Shown: positions 26,386-35,495, numbered from the stretch's first letter. The stretch: 48,941 nucleotides of DNA from Pyrinomonadaceae bacterium (GCA_051002255.1 JBPCMM010000229.1:1-48941), one strand, 5' to 3'. A program made the numbers and translations. Notes: generated from the sequence alone by a model not told the origin.

Positions 26386-27306
26386 GTGCTGGTTTTGATT
26401 GCGATGGCGCCGGTTTTGGTGGCTGTACTTTTGTTTACGAATACCGTTTCAGCTCAACGCCCTGCCAGAACCACTAAAGCTTCAACCAGAATTATTACTA
26501 TCAAGGCTGAACCAAACTCCATCGTCTGGATTGATGAGATTCGCCGCGGGGTTACCGACGCCTCCGGCAAACTTACGGTGCAGAACGTTTCGCCCGCCCG
26601 GCACAGTTTGCGCGTGCGAGCTAACGGATTCAAAGAATCGACAGTTGCCATCCTGCCGGGTAAAACAAGTGTCACAGCAAAGCTTGTCCGTACGACCGAT
26701 GCGGCAGAGCTGGCCTTTCAGGAAGCAGAAACCGCGCGCGAACAAGCCAAAGACGATGAGGCCCGGCAGAGAGCTGCCGAGGCGTACCGGCGCGCTTTAA
26801 AACTTCGGCCTTCGTTCCCCGCCTCGCGCGTTGGCCTGGCACGCGTTCTTCTCGAGCTCAACGAATATAAAGAGGCTCTTGCCGAGATCGAGGCTGCCCG
26901 ACGCTCGCGTCCAATTTATCCCGAAGCATCCGCGGTCGAGGGCCGCATCAATCGTGAAGCTGCCTTTGAGGAAGAAGCCATTAAATCTTTTCGGCGTTCG
27001 ATTCGAGAAGCGCGTGGTTTTCAGCCCGAAGCTCACGTCGGCCTGGCGCGAGTGCTGGAAGAGAAGGGTCAGTTCAACGAGGCAATCGCCGAGTATCGGA
27101 AAGCTCTGGAGCAGCTCATGGATTCCGAACCCGTCATATATCAACTGCTGGGCGCGGCGTATGAGCGTCAACAGAAATACAAAGAAGCCCTCGCTGCGTA
27201 TGAGAAGTATCTGACGCTGGCTCCGAATGGCAGCCTCGCTCCCGCCCTGCGCTCCATAATCGACCAACTCAAACGCGACGCCTCAGGCGTGGAGATCATC
27301 CCGTAG
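26386..27306 (+). CDS. Exported PEGA-domain plus TPR-repeat protein
   Basis: With a GTG 26386 start the signal reads MLVLIAMAPVLVAVLLFTNTVSAQ; ATG 26404 is the alternative. The PEGA-like segment is ITIKAEPNSIVWIDEIRRGVTD...LRVRANGFKE. Several TPR units follow (AYRRALKLRPSF..., EYRKALE..., AAYEKYLTLAP). Track codons 26200-26385 are translated repeat sequence. Confidence 0.8.
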   Translation: MLVLIAMAPVLVAVLLFTNTVSAQRPARTTKASTRIITIKAEPNSIVWIDEIRRGVTDASGKLTVQNVSPARHSLRVRANGFKESTVAILPGKTSVTAKLVRTTDAAELAFQEAETAREQAKDDEARQRAAEAYRRALKLRPSFPASRVGLARVLLELNEYKEALAEIEAARRSRPIYPEASAVEGRINREAAFEEEAIKSFRRSIREARGFQPEAHVGLARVLEEKGQFNEAIAEYRKALEQLMDSEPVIYQLLGAAYERQQKYKEALAAYEKYLTLAPNGSLAPALRSIIDQLKRDASGVEIIP

Positions 27307-27330
27307 GTTTATGCCGAACCGGGTGTTCTT

Positions 27331-27589
27331 GGATTTAGCCCGCGAAGCGTGGCGAAAGCATAAAGCCTGGGGTGAAGCGCAGCGGAACCCCAGGTTAAAG
27401 CCGATGAATTTTTCCCGAGCCCGCGAAGTGGGCGGCAGAGGCTACAAGATAGACAACGCGCGTACAAAATAATCCATCCACTGCCGCCCACTTCGCGGGC
27501 TTGCCAATATTTCGATACGCTTACCTAGGGTTCCGCTGCGCTTCACCCTAGGCTTTAATGCTTTGGCCACGCTTCGCGGGCTCAAATCC
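27331..27589. repeat. Family B nested palindrome (BIME-like), copy 2
   Basis: The outer arms 27331-27398 and 27521-27589 are reverse complements. So are the inner arms 27417-27440 and 27481-27502. The architecture and length match copy 1 at 15389-15642. Confidence 0.92.
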
Positions 27590-27690
27590 GATTTGTCGCG
27601 TGGCGACAGTAATAGAAAATGAAACGGTTCTTGAACTACCACTTTATCTGTGAGAGCATCGCTTCCGTTATCTATGTTTCCAGATCTGTC

Positions 27691-28881
27691 ATGACCACAC
27701 CTGCACCCACGACGCGTCGACACGTTTCTCACAAGGCGAGTCTTTTTACTGAATCCGTGATTCGCGAGATGACTCGTGAAGCGATCAAACATGGAGCCGT
27801 GAATCTTTCCCAGGGTTTTCCCGACTTTGCCGCCCCGGATGACATCAAGCGAGTGGCGATGCAAGCCATCGCGGACGACATCAATCAGTACGCAATCACC
27901 TGGGGAGCGCGCGACTTTCGCGAGTCGATAGCCAGGAAGACAAAGTGGTATCTGGGTTTGGATGTCGATCCGGAAACAGAGTTGACCGTTACTTGTGGCT
28001 CAACCGAAGGAATGATCGCCGCGATGATGGCCACCGTCGATCCCGGTGAAGAGGTTGTCGTTTTCGAGCCTTACTACGAAAACTATGCGCCGGATGCGAT
28101 CCTTTCCGACGCTCGTCCGCGCTATGTGCCGCTACGTGCGCCTGACTGGAGCTTTGACATAGACGAATTGCGCGCCGCATTTAACTCCAAAACGAAAGCG
28201 ATCATCATCTGCAATCCTAATAATCCGACTGGCAAAGTTTTCGCGCGCAAGGAAATGGAGTTCATTGCGGGCCTTTGCCAGGAGTTTGACGCCCTTTGCT
28301 TCACGGATGAGATCTACGAGCATATTATCTATCCCCGGGAAGACGCAGAAATCCAACACATCTCAATGGCCCAGATTGCCGGCATGCGCGAACGCACGGT
28401 GATCGTCAACTCGATGTCCAAGACATATTCGGTTACTGGCTGGCGCGTGGGCTATTGCATTGCGCCGCCGGAGATTACCAGCGCCATTCGCAAGGTGCAC
28501 GATTTTCTTACCGTCGGCGCTGCCGCTCCGTTGCAGGCGGCGGGTGCTTACGCGCTATCGCTTCCACTCGAATACTACGAACGTTTGCAGGCTGAGTATC
28601 ATCGGCGTCGAGATCTCCTGCTGCCGGTGCTGGATAATGCAGGATTCAAGACATTCAATCCCGACGGCGCTTACTACATCATGACTGACATCTCCGGGTT
28701 TGGTTTCGCGAATGACGTTGAGTTTACACGCCACCTTATTCGCGAGGTGGGGGTGGCTTGCGTGCCGGGCTCGAGCTTCTACAGCGTTTCAGAGCGGGGC
28801 GCGCAACAGGTTCGATTCTGCTTTTGTAAAAAGGACGAAACGTTGTTGCTTGCGGGCGAGCGACTTGCGAAGCTCCAATAG
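27691..28881 (+). CDS. Class I/II PLP-dependent aminotransferase (aspartate/methionine/kynurenine aminotransferase-like)
   Basis: Motifs NLSQGFPDF and NPNNPTG are present. The PLP-lysine motif is NSMSKTYSVTGWRVGY. ATG 27691 gives a typical N-terminus (MTTPAPTTRRHVSHKASLFTESVIREMT). The track start at 27619 is possible but adds an atypical leader. Confidence 0.88.
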   Translation: MTTPAPTTRRHVSHKASLFTESVIREMTREAIKHGAVNLSQGFPDFAAPDDIKRVAMQAIADDINQYAITWGARDFRESIARKTKWYLGLDVDPETELTVTCGSTEGMIAAMMATVDPGEEVVVFEPYYENYAPDAILSDARPRYVPLRAPDWSFDIDELRAAFNSKTKAIIICNPNNPTGKVFARKEMEFIAGLCQEFDALCFTDEIYEHIIYPREDAEIQHISMAQIAGMRERTVIVNSMSKTYSVTGWRVGYCIAPPEITSAIRKVHDFLTVGAAAPLQAAGAYALSLPLEYYERLQAEYHRRRDLLLPVLDNAGFKTFNPDGAYYIMTDISGFGFANDVEFTRHLIREVGVACVPGSSFYSVSERGAQQVRFCFCKKDETLLLAGERLAKLQ

Positions 28882-28980
28882 AATCTGAACGCAGCTCAGC
28901 ATTCGACCTTTAGTTTGCGTGTGTCATTAGCAATTTGAGACCAGAAACCCTAACCAAGCTTCAAAACTGTTTATCGCAAC

Positions 28981-29892
28981 ATGAAAACTCATTTCGGTCG
29001 AATCCTGGTCCTGGCTCTTGCATTTGCGCTCCTCGCGGTCGGTCAACAGAGCTCCGATCCGGAGTTCAACACGACGGTTGCGCGTCCCGCTTACACCAAG
29101 AACTATCCTCGCGTCGTTTTTGACGAAGCTCACAACAACTTTCATACGACCACAGGGCGCTACAAGCCTTTTGTAGAGCTAATCAGCAGCGACGGTTACA
29201 ACGTTGTGCCTGGCCGGAAACTGTTCGCAAAGCCTTCGCTGAGCACATTCAAGATCCTCGTGATTGCCAACGCACTGGGCGCCGAAGATATGGACGAGGA
29301 GGGTGCTGACCGGTCCGCTTTCACGGAAGAAGAATGTGATGCGGTGCGCGATTGGGTGAAAGGTGGAGGCTCTCTGCTTCTGATAGCCGACCATGCTCCC
29401 TTTGGCGGCGCTGCCGAAACCCTGGGCAAACGTTTTGGCGTTGAGATGAGCAAAGGATATACCTTCGATACCGAGGATTACTTCAAGGAATCGGGAAGCC
29501 GTTCAACTCTGCTCTTCTCCCGTGACAACAAGCGACTGTTGGACCACCCGATTACACACGGACGCAACGCCGGCGAAAGAATCAATCAGGTCATCACCTT
29601 TACGGGTCAATCGCTCAAAGGTCCCGAAGGCAGCTCAGTACTATTACTATTGTCCCAAACCGCCAGGGACAAGCCCGATCGTGAATCGCAAACATCCGTT
29701 TCGGCGGCCGGACGTGCCCAGGGTATTGCTTTCAAATTCGGTAAAGGGCGAGTGGTAGTACTGGGAGAGGCGGCGATGTTGTCGGCACAGTTAGCAGGTC
29801 CTGAGAAACGACCGATGGGCATGAACGTGCCTGGCAGCGACAATCGGAAACTAGCCCTTAACATCATGCACTGGTTGTCTGGCCTGCTGTAG
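28981..29892 (+). CDS. Exported hypothetical protein, DUF4350-like (glutamine-amidotransferase-like fold; family from memory)
   Basis: 303 aa with the signal MKTHFGRILVLALAFALLAVGQQ. The segments VVFDEAHNNFHT, ILVIANA and GGGSLLLIADHAPFG resemble the DUF4350/GldG-like pattern. Confidence 0.7.
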   Translation: MKTHFGRILVLALAFALLAVGQQSSDPEFNTTVARPAYTKNYPRVVFDEAHNNFHTTTGRYKPFVELISSDGYNVVPGRKLFAKPSLSTFKILVIANALGAEDMDEEGADRSAFTEEECDAVRDWVKGGGSLLLIADHAPFGGAAETLGKRFGVEMSKGYTFDTEDYFKESGSRSTLLFSRDNKRLLDHPITHGRNAGERINQVITFTGQSLKGPEGSSVLLLLSQTARDKPDRESQTSVSAAGRAQGIAFKFGKGRVVVLGEAAMLSAQLAGPEKRPMGMNVPGSDNRKLALNIMHWLSGLL

Positions 29893-29900
29893 GAAGACTA

Positions 29901-29978
29901 CATCCGCAGATTCCGCAGATTACAACTGACCAACGCCAAATGCTCTCTGCTAGCTGCTATTCTTATCTGCGTAATCTG
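29901..29978. repeat. Family G2 imperfect inverted repeat (CCGCAGATT units)
   Basis: catccgcagattccgcagattac (29901-29923) pairs with cttatctgcgtaatctg (29962-29978). It lies between convergent genes. Confidence 0.6.
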
Positions 29979-29987
29979 TTGACCTAT

Positions 29988-30533
29988 CTAGTTGTCCGGG
30001 TCTTCAAGTAGCCGGGTCGTGTTCTCGGTGACGCTGGGCTGAGACACAATTTCCTTGGTTCTGCTCCGAGGCGAGTAGTCACTAACGGGGACACTTTGCT
30101 GGGAAGGCAATGCGACGCGAGTTGGGACTTCTGATATGGTGCGGGAGTAGGATTCACCGCGTAGTGTGGTCTGCGATGGCGATTGGACTGGGTCTTTTAC
30201 AAACAGAAACGCATAGAGGAATCTTAATAGTCCTACCAAACCCAAAATGAAGAATACAAGTGACCCAACCTTGGCAACGGATTCAAACGGGCCGCCGATG
30301 CTCCACAGAAGAGTTGAGGCCAGTCCTATGGCCCACGCCAGAAGGGTCAGGAAAACGCTTTCCTTCATTATTCCGCTGCGCCGCTTAGGTGTCTGAGCCG
30401 GATCGCTCGCCAGTTGAGTAAGGATTTCCGGGTTTTCCAGCAGCATAGCGACCCCGGCCAACGCGAAACCACAACGCGAGCAATAACGCATCTCTTCCAA
30501 ACCTTGTTCGTGGCTGCAACGTGGGCAATACAT
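29988..30533 (-). CDS. Zinc-ribbon membrane protein
   Basis: 181 aa. The N-terminal zinc ribbon is MYCPRCSHE...YCSRCGF. Two or three hydrophobic helices follow, then an S/T/P-rich tail. Confidence 0.7.
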   Translation of the reverse strand: MYCPRCSHEQGLEEMRYCSRCGFALAGVAMLLENPEILTQLASDPAQTPKRRSGIMKESVFLTLLAWAIGLASTLLWSIGGPFESVAKVGSLVFFILGLVGLLRFLYAFLFVKDPVQSPSQTTLRGESYSRTISEVPTRVALPSQQSVPVSDYSPRSRTKEIVSQPSVTENTTRLLEDPDN

Positions 30534-30654
30534 AATTCTCCAGACCGGCGGGCGCGTGGCTTCTCGAGATGCTTACGAAACAGCGACTGCAAAGGTTCGC
30601 CAGTTTAAAGTTCAACCTTTAGCTTGTTCGCACCGTTAAGGCGCAACCTAAAGT

Positions 30655-30876
30655 TTGAACTCTGAACTTCCGGACTCAAATGAACCAGTGGCTTGGGATG
30701 CTAAAAGACAATTGATCTGGTTGGCGGCGGGCCTAACTCTCGGCACACTGATCGCCTACCAGGATGCTCACGACGATGATGGAACATTCGTTCCGCGCTT
30801 CTTCATTTTCATCGAAAGCCTGGTGCTGATCATCATTGGCGTGTTGTTCTACATTTACTCGCGGAGAAAGGGATGA
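30655..30876 (+). CDS. Small two-helix membrane protein (hypothetical)
   Basis: 73-aa ORF with a TTG start. It has two hydrophobic segments (LIWLAAGLTLGTLIAY and FIFIESLVLIIIGVLFYIY) and a basic C-terminus. The start codon is uncertain. Confidence 0.45.
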   Translation: MNSELPDSNEPVAWDAKRQLIWLAAGLTLGTLIAYQDAHDDDGTFVPRFFIFIESLVLIIIGVLFYIYSRRKG

Positions 30877-30885
30877 TTACCAGAC

Positions 30886-31032
30886 ACGGAGACAGGGAGA
30901 AACGGCGACGGGGAGACGTGGGAAAGCCGGAATGTGCTAAGGCTAAGCTCAATCCCTACTCAAAATCTAAGAGATGGTTACGGTGGCATCCCGTCTCCCC
31001 ATCCCCGTTTCTCCCCGTCTCTCCGTCTCCGT
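30886..31032. repeat. Family H inverted repeat (GGAGACG-rich arms)
   Basis: acggagacagggagaaacggcgacggggagacg (30886-30918) pairs with cgtctccccatccccgtttctccccgtctctccgtctccgt (30992-31032). The right arm abuts the VWA gene stop codon. Confidence 0.85.
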
Positions 31033-31983
31033 CTAATTAGGTGGCTGCATCGACTTGGCTCGGATCGTAATCCCCTGGTCGCCCACCACCAGCAAGCGAC
31101 GTGCTTCGCCGTAGGGCACACTTGAAGGCACGTATGAAAGCACGTACCGGTTCTTTCTTAGTTCATCACAAACGCTCTTCGCCGCTTCAACCGTTTCATC
31201 GATAGAAAAGACCAGCCCTCCGGTTCCTTCAACCAGTTTTTCAATGACTTGCTTTGGCTTCGGCACATCGCGTCGAATGGCACCTCGCGTCCGGTCGGGG
31301 ATTTGGACCGTGTAGACCGTAATGTCATTCGCTTGCAGCTCGGAGAGTATTCTCTCAAACGTGGTCTTGCTACCGCGGTCAAGACCATCGCTGATGACTA
31401 CGATCGCGCGCTTCTGCCCGGCGAGCGGACTCAAAGCCTGCTCGACAACCGCACTCAATGCGTCAAAAAGGTGCGGCTGGCCTTTCTTCCTGAAACCCTT
31501 TAGCGCCGCCTCGATGGACTTGGCGTTATCCGTCCAGTCAGCGACGATCTCTGCTTCTTCATCGTAGCCAACGATTAGCAGTTGGTCCCCTTCGTAAATC
31601 TCGTAAGCAAATTCGCGCGTGGCCCGTTCAAGCTTATCGATGTCGGCCCGCAGGGTCAGGGAGTTGTCCACCAACAAAACTATGCGAGCGGGCGAGGGAT
31701 CCGGAGTGAGGTTCTTGATGGTTTGTTCTATACCATTGTCATAGACTGCAAGTTGCTTGCTGGTTACATTCGCCGCCGACTTATCATCGCGCTTAACCAC
31801 CACGCTCACGAGCACGCCACTCTGAGTGGTTGAACCTTGCGGCCTCCGACCTGCCTGTCCGAGCACCAGACCGAAGAGCGCTGCCAGGAGCAGCAGAACT
31901 GCCAGGAAGTTAAGAGGTTTTGGAACCTTGTGGCTGTTCCTGGATTGAATTGTTGCGGTTCCGCCACGAAGTGACCCGTACAT
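31033..31983 (-). CDS. Membrane-anchored von Willebrand factor type A (VWA) domain protein
   Basis: 316 aa. The N-terminal anchor is FLAVLLLLAALFGLVLG. The MIDAS-type D-x-S-x-S motif is LLVDNSLTL, followed by VVISDGLDRGS. It starts 20 nt after the fmdB-like gene on the same strand. Confidence 0.85.
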   Translation of the reverse strand: MYGSLRGGTATIQSRNSHKVPKPLNFLAVLLLLAALFGLVLGQAGRRPQGSTTQSGVLVSVVVKRDDKSAANVTSKQLAVYDNGIEQTIKNLTPDPSPARIVLLVDNSLTLRADIDKLERATREFAYEIYEGDQLLIVGYDEEAEIVADWTDNAKSIEAALKGFRKKGQPHLFDALSAVVEQALSPLAGQKRAIVVISDGLDRGSKTTFERILSELQANDITVYTVQIPDRTRGAIRRDVPKPKQVIEKLVEGTGGLVFSIDETVEAAKSVCDELRKNRYVLSYVPSSVPYGEARRLLVVGDQGITIRAKSMQPPN

Positions 31984-32003
31984 CAGTTCACGTTAATGAC
32001 GCT

Positions 32004-32351
32004 TCAATCACCAGTGGAGACTTTTGTTGATGAAGCTTTTTCGGAAGTTTTCTTTGACGGGGAGTTATCTTTTGATTTCTTGTCAGACTTTTTTGACTCT
32101 TTCTTATCGCTGTCGTTCTTATCGCTGGCGCTGGCTGCCTCAGACTCGGCCTTCTCTGCGGCCTTCTTGCCGTTGCCGGCATAATCGGTCACATACCACC
32201 CGGAGCCCTTGAACTGTATTGCCGAAGCTGAAACTAGTTTTTCTAAACGGCCGCCACACTTGTCACACTTGGTGGGCGGTTTGTCGCTCATCTTCTGAAA
32301 GACTTCGGTATGCACCTTGCATTTCTGGCACTCGAACTCATATATGGGCAT
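32004..32351 (-). CDS. FmdB-family zinc-ribbon protein with a K/S/D/E-rich tail
   Basis: MPIYEFECQKC...TKCDKCGG is the canonical FmdB CxxC...CxxC N-terminus. The C-terminal half is low-complexity and charged. Confidence 0.85.
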   Translation of the reverse strand: MPIYEFECQKCKVHTEVFQKMSDKPPTKCDKCGGRLEKLVSASAIQFKGSGWYVTDYAGNGKKAAEKAESEAASASDKNDSDKKESKKSDKKSKDNSPSKKTSEKASSTKVSTGD

Positions 32352-32391
32352 AGGTCTCTAATACCCCGACGGGCGAATAGATCGCCCAATG

Positions 32392-32420
32392 ATTATACGG
32401 GCGGTCCCACGGCCTTGCAA
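32392..32420 (-). promoter_or_regulatory. Near-consensus sigma-70 promoter for the fmdB-VWA pair
   Basis: On the minus strand, TTGCAA (32420-32415) is followed by 17 nt and a perfect TATAAT (32397-32392). It lies about 40 nt upstream of ATG 32351. Confidence 0.5.
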
Positions 32421-32522
32421 TGTAAGCTTGGTTGGGGTCCTTAAGCAGACCTGCTTTGCAACTTCATCTCCCGTTCGTTATGATCCCCGCTTAGGAGCTC
32501 CTTCGGTTGGCCGCCGCTACGA

Positions 32523-34661
32523 TTGTCTATGATGTCAGAAACTGCACAATCCCTCTCGCTCGAGCGCAAGATTAAGATGCATGAGGCGCGTGAGTCGATT
32601 ATCACTCGCCTGGCGCTGGCTTTTCCAACCACGATCAATCTCGATAGGTTTTTGAACGTAATCGTTTCTGAGCTGGGGCGTATGATGAGCGTGGATCGCT
32701 GCGATGTCATTCAATTGACTTCGCAGAGTGAACTGCGAATCAGCCACGAATGGCGGGCTTCAACTGACGTACCTTCCAGCCTGGACACGGTAATTCCGCT
32801 GGATCTCAAGCAACTCTCGGAACATGTAGACATAACTAAGCCCATCCGTCTTGACGATACTTCCAGGCCGGGTCTGGATCAGAAGGTACGCTTTCTGGCT
32901 GCGAGTTTGGGAACACGCTCTCTGCTCGTGGTGCCCGTTGTTCTTGGTGACGATGTGCTGGGGCTCGTAGGAATGCACACTACGCGGACCCCGCGAGCCT
33001 GGCTTGATGACGAAGTTTCTTTTCTGGAGTCTATCGCCCGACAGATCGCGGTTGGATATCAGTACACGAGGCTCTACACCGATAAAGAGCGCGAGGCCGA
33101 CACGAAACGCGCGCTGTTGGAAATCGCCAACGCTCTTAACGCCCGCTCGGACTTTCGCGAAGTCTCATCGCTGGTTCTGGAACGAGCCATCGCCCTCGTT
33201 GGCGCTGACTATTCAGCTCTCGGCATCCTCGATCCCAAGGGCGGCCGCATCAGTCTGGCGGCCTTCAAAGCCGCGCCTCATGCGACTACTGATTCCGTTC
33301 ATGGGTTGATTGATGCCCACGGACAATCGCTCGACGTGACAGAGTTTCCTGCGGCGATGGAAGTGCTGGCCCAGGGAAAAACATTCCGTTTACTGGACAC
33401 CCACCTGCCCTTCCCGTTTCGCTTAATTTTTAACGCCACCCTGGGCGGACGCGCTGCTTTAGTCGCCCCGGTGCGCGTCGGAGGACAGGTGTTTGGCCTG
33501 CTGGGACTGGTGTGGAGTGAGGCGCGCGACGGCTTTCAGGACCATGAGGTGGCACTGGTCGAGGGCATCGCCGATCAAATCGGCACGGCGCTGGAGCGAG
33601 ATCAGCTTTCCGCCGAAGTAATGCACTTGCGCAGCGCCTTACATGAACGCTACGGCGAGGACCGCATCATCGGTCAAACTCCGGCGATCCGGCGTGCCAT
33701 GGAACTGGCGCTGAGTGTGGCGGACACGCAAACCACCGTCCTAATCCAGGGAGAATCGGGCACCGGCAAGGAGTTACTCGCGAACTTGATCCATTACAAT
33801 TCCGGACGCGAAAACCATCCTTACGTAAAACTGAATTGCGGCGCAATCCCCGAAACTCTGCTCGAATCGGAATTGTTCGGTCACGAGAAGGGTGCGTTTA
33901 CCGATGCCAGCGCCAGGAGAAGAGGGCGATTTGAAGAAGCCAACGGCGGCACGCTTTTTCTGGACGAAGTTGGCGAGATGAGTTTGTCGGCGCAGGTTCG
34001 TCTCCTACGCGTATTGCAGGACGGTGAATTCACGCGCGTCGGTGGAAACGAAGTTCTGAAGGCTGACGTTCGCGTGATTGCCGCCTCCAACGTAGACCTC
34101 GAACGGGCAACTGAGTTGGGCACGTTTCGGCGTGACCTTTACTACCGACTCTCGGTGTTTCCTATAGTAGTGCCGCCGTTGCGCGATCGCCCGGAAGACA
34201 TTCACCCGCTGGTGATCCATTTCCTTGAACACTACAAACAGAAAACTGGGCGCTTTATTTCGGGCATCTCCAAAGATGCGCTGCAAGCCTTAATGACTTA
34301 CCAATGGGCCGGAAATGTTCGCGAACTCGAGAACGCGATCGAGCGCGCTGTAATCATCGCCTCAGGCCGTCAGATCGAACTCGAGGATCTTCCGGAAGCA
34401 ATTGGGAAGACAGTGCTCGAGGAACGCGATCGCATCAAGGTCGAACGCGCAAGTGCAGCCAGCGAGGGGCGCACGACAACCTTTGGAGTGACCGTGCCCT
34501 CCTCGATGGAGGAAATAGAGCGCCAGGCAATAGAAGCAACTCTCGACTACACCAAGGGCGATAAGTCGCACGCCGCTCGCGCGCTGGGCATAGGCCGCAA
34601 GACTCTCTACCGGAAGCTTGAGCAATACAACGGCGATCAAGATCAGAGCAATTCTGATTAG
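32523..34661 (+). CDS. Sigma-54-dependent transcriptional activator with two N-terminal GAF domains
   Basis: 712 aa. AAA+ Walker A is GESGTGKELLA. The GAFTGA-loop variant is ESELFGHEKGAFTDA. RVIAASN and YRLSVFPI follow. The C-terminal Fis-type HTH is AARALGIGRKTLYRKL. The start is TTG 32523 or ATG 32529. Confidence 0.93.
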   Translation: MSMMSETAQSLSLERKIKMHEARESIITRLALAFPTTINLDRFLNVIVSELGRMMSVDRCDVIQLTSQSELRISHEWRASTDVPSSLDTVIPLDLKQLSEHVDITKPIRLDDTSRPGLDQKVRFLAASLGTRSLLVVPVVLGDDVLGLVGMHTTRTPRAWLDDEVSFLESIARQIAVGYQYTRLYTDKEREADTKRALLEIANALNARSDFREVSSLVLERAIALVGADYSALGILDPKGGRISLAAFKAAPHATTDSVHGLIDAHGQSLDVTEFPAAMEVLAQGKTFRLLDTHLPFPFRLIFNATLGGRAALVAPVRVGGQVFGLLGLVWSEARDGFQDHEVALVEGIADQIGTALERDQLSAEVMHLRSALHERYGEDRIIGQTPAIRRAMELALSVADTQTTVLIQGESGTGKELLANLIHYNSGRENHPYVKLNCGAIPETLLESELFGHEKGAFTDASARRRGRFEEANGGTLFLDEVGEMSLSAQVRLLRVLQDGEFTRVGGNEVLKADVRVIAASNVDLERATELGTFRRDLYYRLSVFPIVVPPLRDRPEDIHPLVIHFLEHYKQKTGRFISGISKDALQALMTYQWAGNVRELENAIERAVIIASGRQIELEDLPEAIGKTVLEERDRIKVERASAASEGRTTTFGVTVPSSMEEIERQAIEATLDYTKGDKSHAARALGIGRKTLYRKLEQYNGDQDQSNSD

Positions 34662-34705
34662 GTACACGAGTTGGTAAAACGAATCCTTGTTGCTGACAAA
34701 GCTCG

Positions 34706-34841
34706 GCGGGGGTAAACCACCCTTCCCAACCTGCGAGATTTTCAGTCAGAGTGATCTTCTATTAGCTGAAAGGCTTTCAATTCGGGAAAGAACGACAGAA
34801 CTCTAGAACCTCACAGGTCAGGAAGGGCGGTTTACCCCCGC
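34706..34841. repeat. Family A inverted repeat, copy 3 (arms in the opposite order)
   Basis: gcgggggtaaaccacccttcccaacctgcgag (34706-34737) pairs with ctcacaggtcaggaagggcggtttacccccgc (34810-34841). The spacer is 72 nt. Confidence 0.9.
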
Positions 34842-34882
34842 TAACTTTCGTTACCATCAACGCACTGAGTTTCACACCTCTC

Positions 34883-34897
34883 TGGCTTTCCGTGCGC
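34883..34897 (+). promoter_or_regulatory. Weak sigma-54 (-24/-12) promoter candidate
   Basis: TGGCtttccgtGCGC keeps the GG-N10-GC spacing of TGGCAC-N5-TTGC. It lacks the TT of the -12 box. It lies about 155 nt upstream of the ytxH-like gene and downstream of the EBP gene. Confidence 0.2.
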
Positions 34898-35053
34898 ACC
34901 ATCCTCAATCTGCGGGGCGGCTGAGTTACTACCCTCCAGTCATCTTGTTGCGCCGATCCAGCCCTATTTGTTATAGTCCAAAACTGGAATTCTCCAAGAA
35001 TCAACTTAACTTGCGAGGCCACGGGGCTTCGCTTCTGAAGAAAGGAATCCCTC

Positions 35054-35488
35054 ATGGGAAGCGATGACTATCGGCGGGATAGTGGCGACAATATCTCTGC
35101 TCGTTTAACTTACCTCTTAATTGGCGGCGGAATCGGGGCAATTCTAGCGCTCCTGTTCGCACCGAAATCTGGTCAGGAACTTCGCGGCGATATTGCCGAG
35201 GCGACCCGCAAGGGCATCGACCGTTCGCGCGAGGCGGCCCAGCAACTTGGCGACCGTGCCGGCGAATACTACGAAAGCACTCGTGAACGCGCCTCTGAAC
35301 TTTACTCAACAGCCTCTGAGAAGGTTGGTGAGGTGGCCCGCACGGCCCGCGAGAGCGCGTCCCGGCAAACCGGCACTGTGGCAGCGGCAATCGACGCCGG
35401 CAAGAAAGCCTATCAGGAAGAAAAACGGAAGACCGAATTATCGGGAAGAATGGAAGCTGCCCCGAAATACGACGAGACGACTAACTAA
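35054..35488 (+). CDS. YtxH-domain protein (general-stress-type membrane-associated protein)
   Basis: 144 aa. LIGGGIGAILALLFAPKSGQELRGDI is the YtxH signature. The remainder is helical and charged. Confidence 0.85.
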   Translation: MGSDDYRRDSGDNISARLTYLLIGGGIGAILALLFAPKSGQELRGDIAEATRKGIDRSREAAQQLGDRAGEYYESTRERASELYSTASEKVGEVARTARESASRQTGTVAAAIDAGKKAYQEEKRKTELSGRMEAAPKYDETTN

Positions 35489-35495
35489 AAATATT

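Noticed and set aside
34810-34841. caggtcaggaagggcgg resembles the SRP (4.5S) RNA domain IV sequence GGUCAGGUCCGGAAGGAAGC
   Set aside because: It is one arm of the family A repeat, with copies at 2886 and 26272. It lacks the symmetric-loop GGAA/AGCA context and a complementary 5'/3' helix of SRP RNA length.
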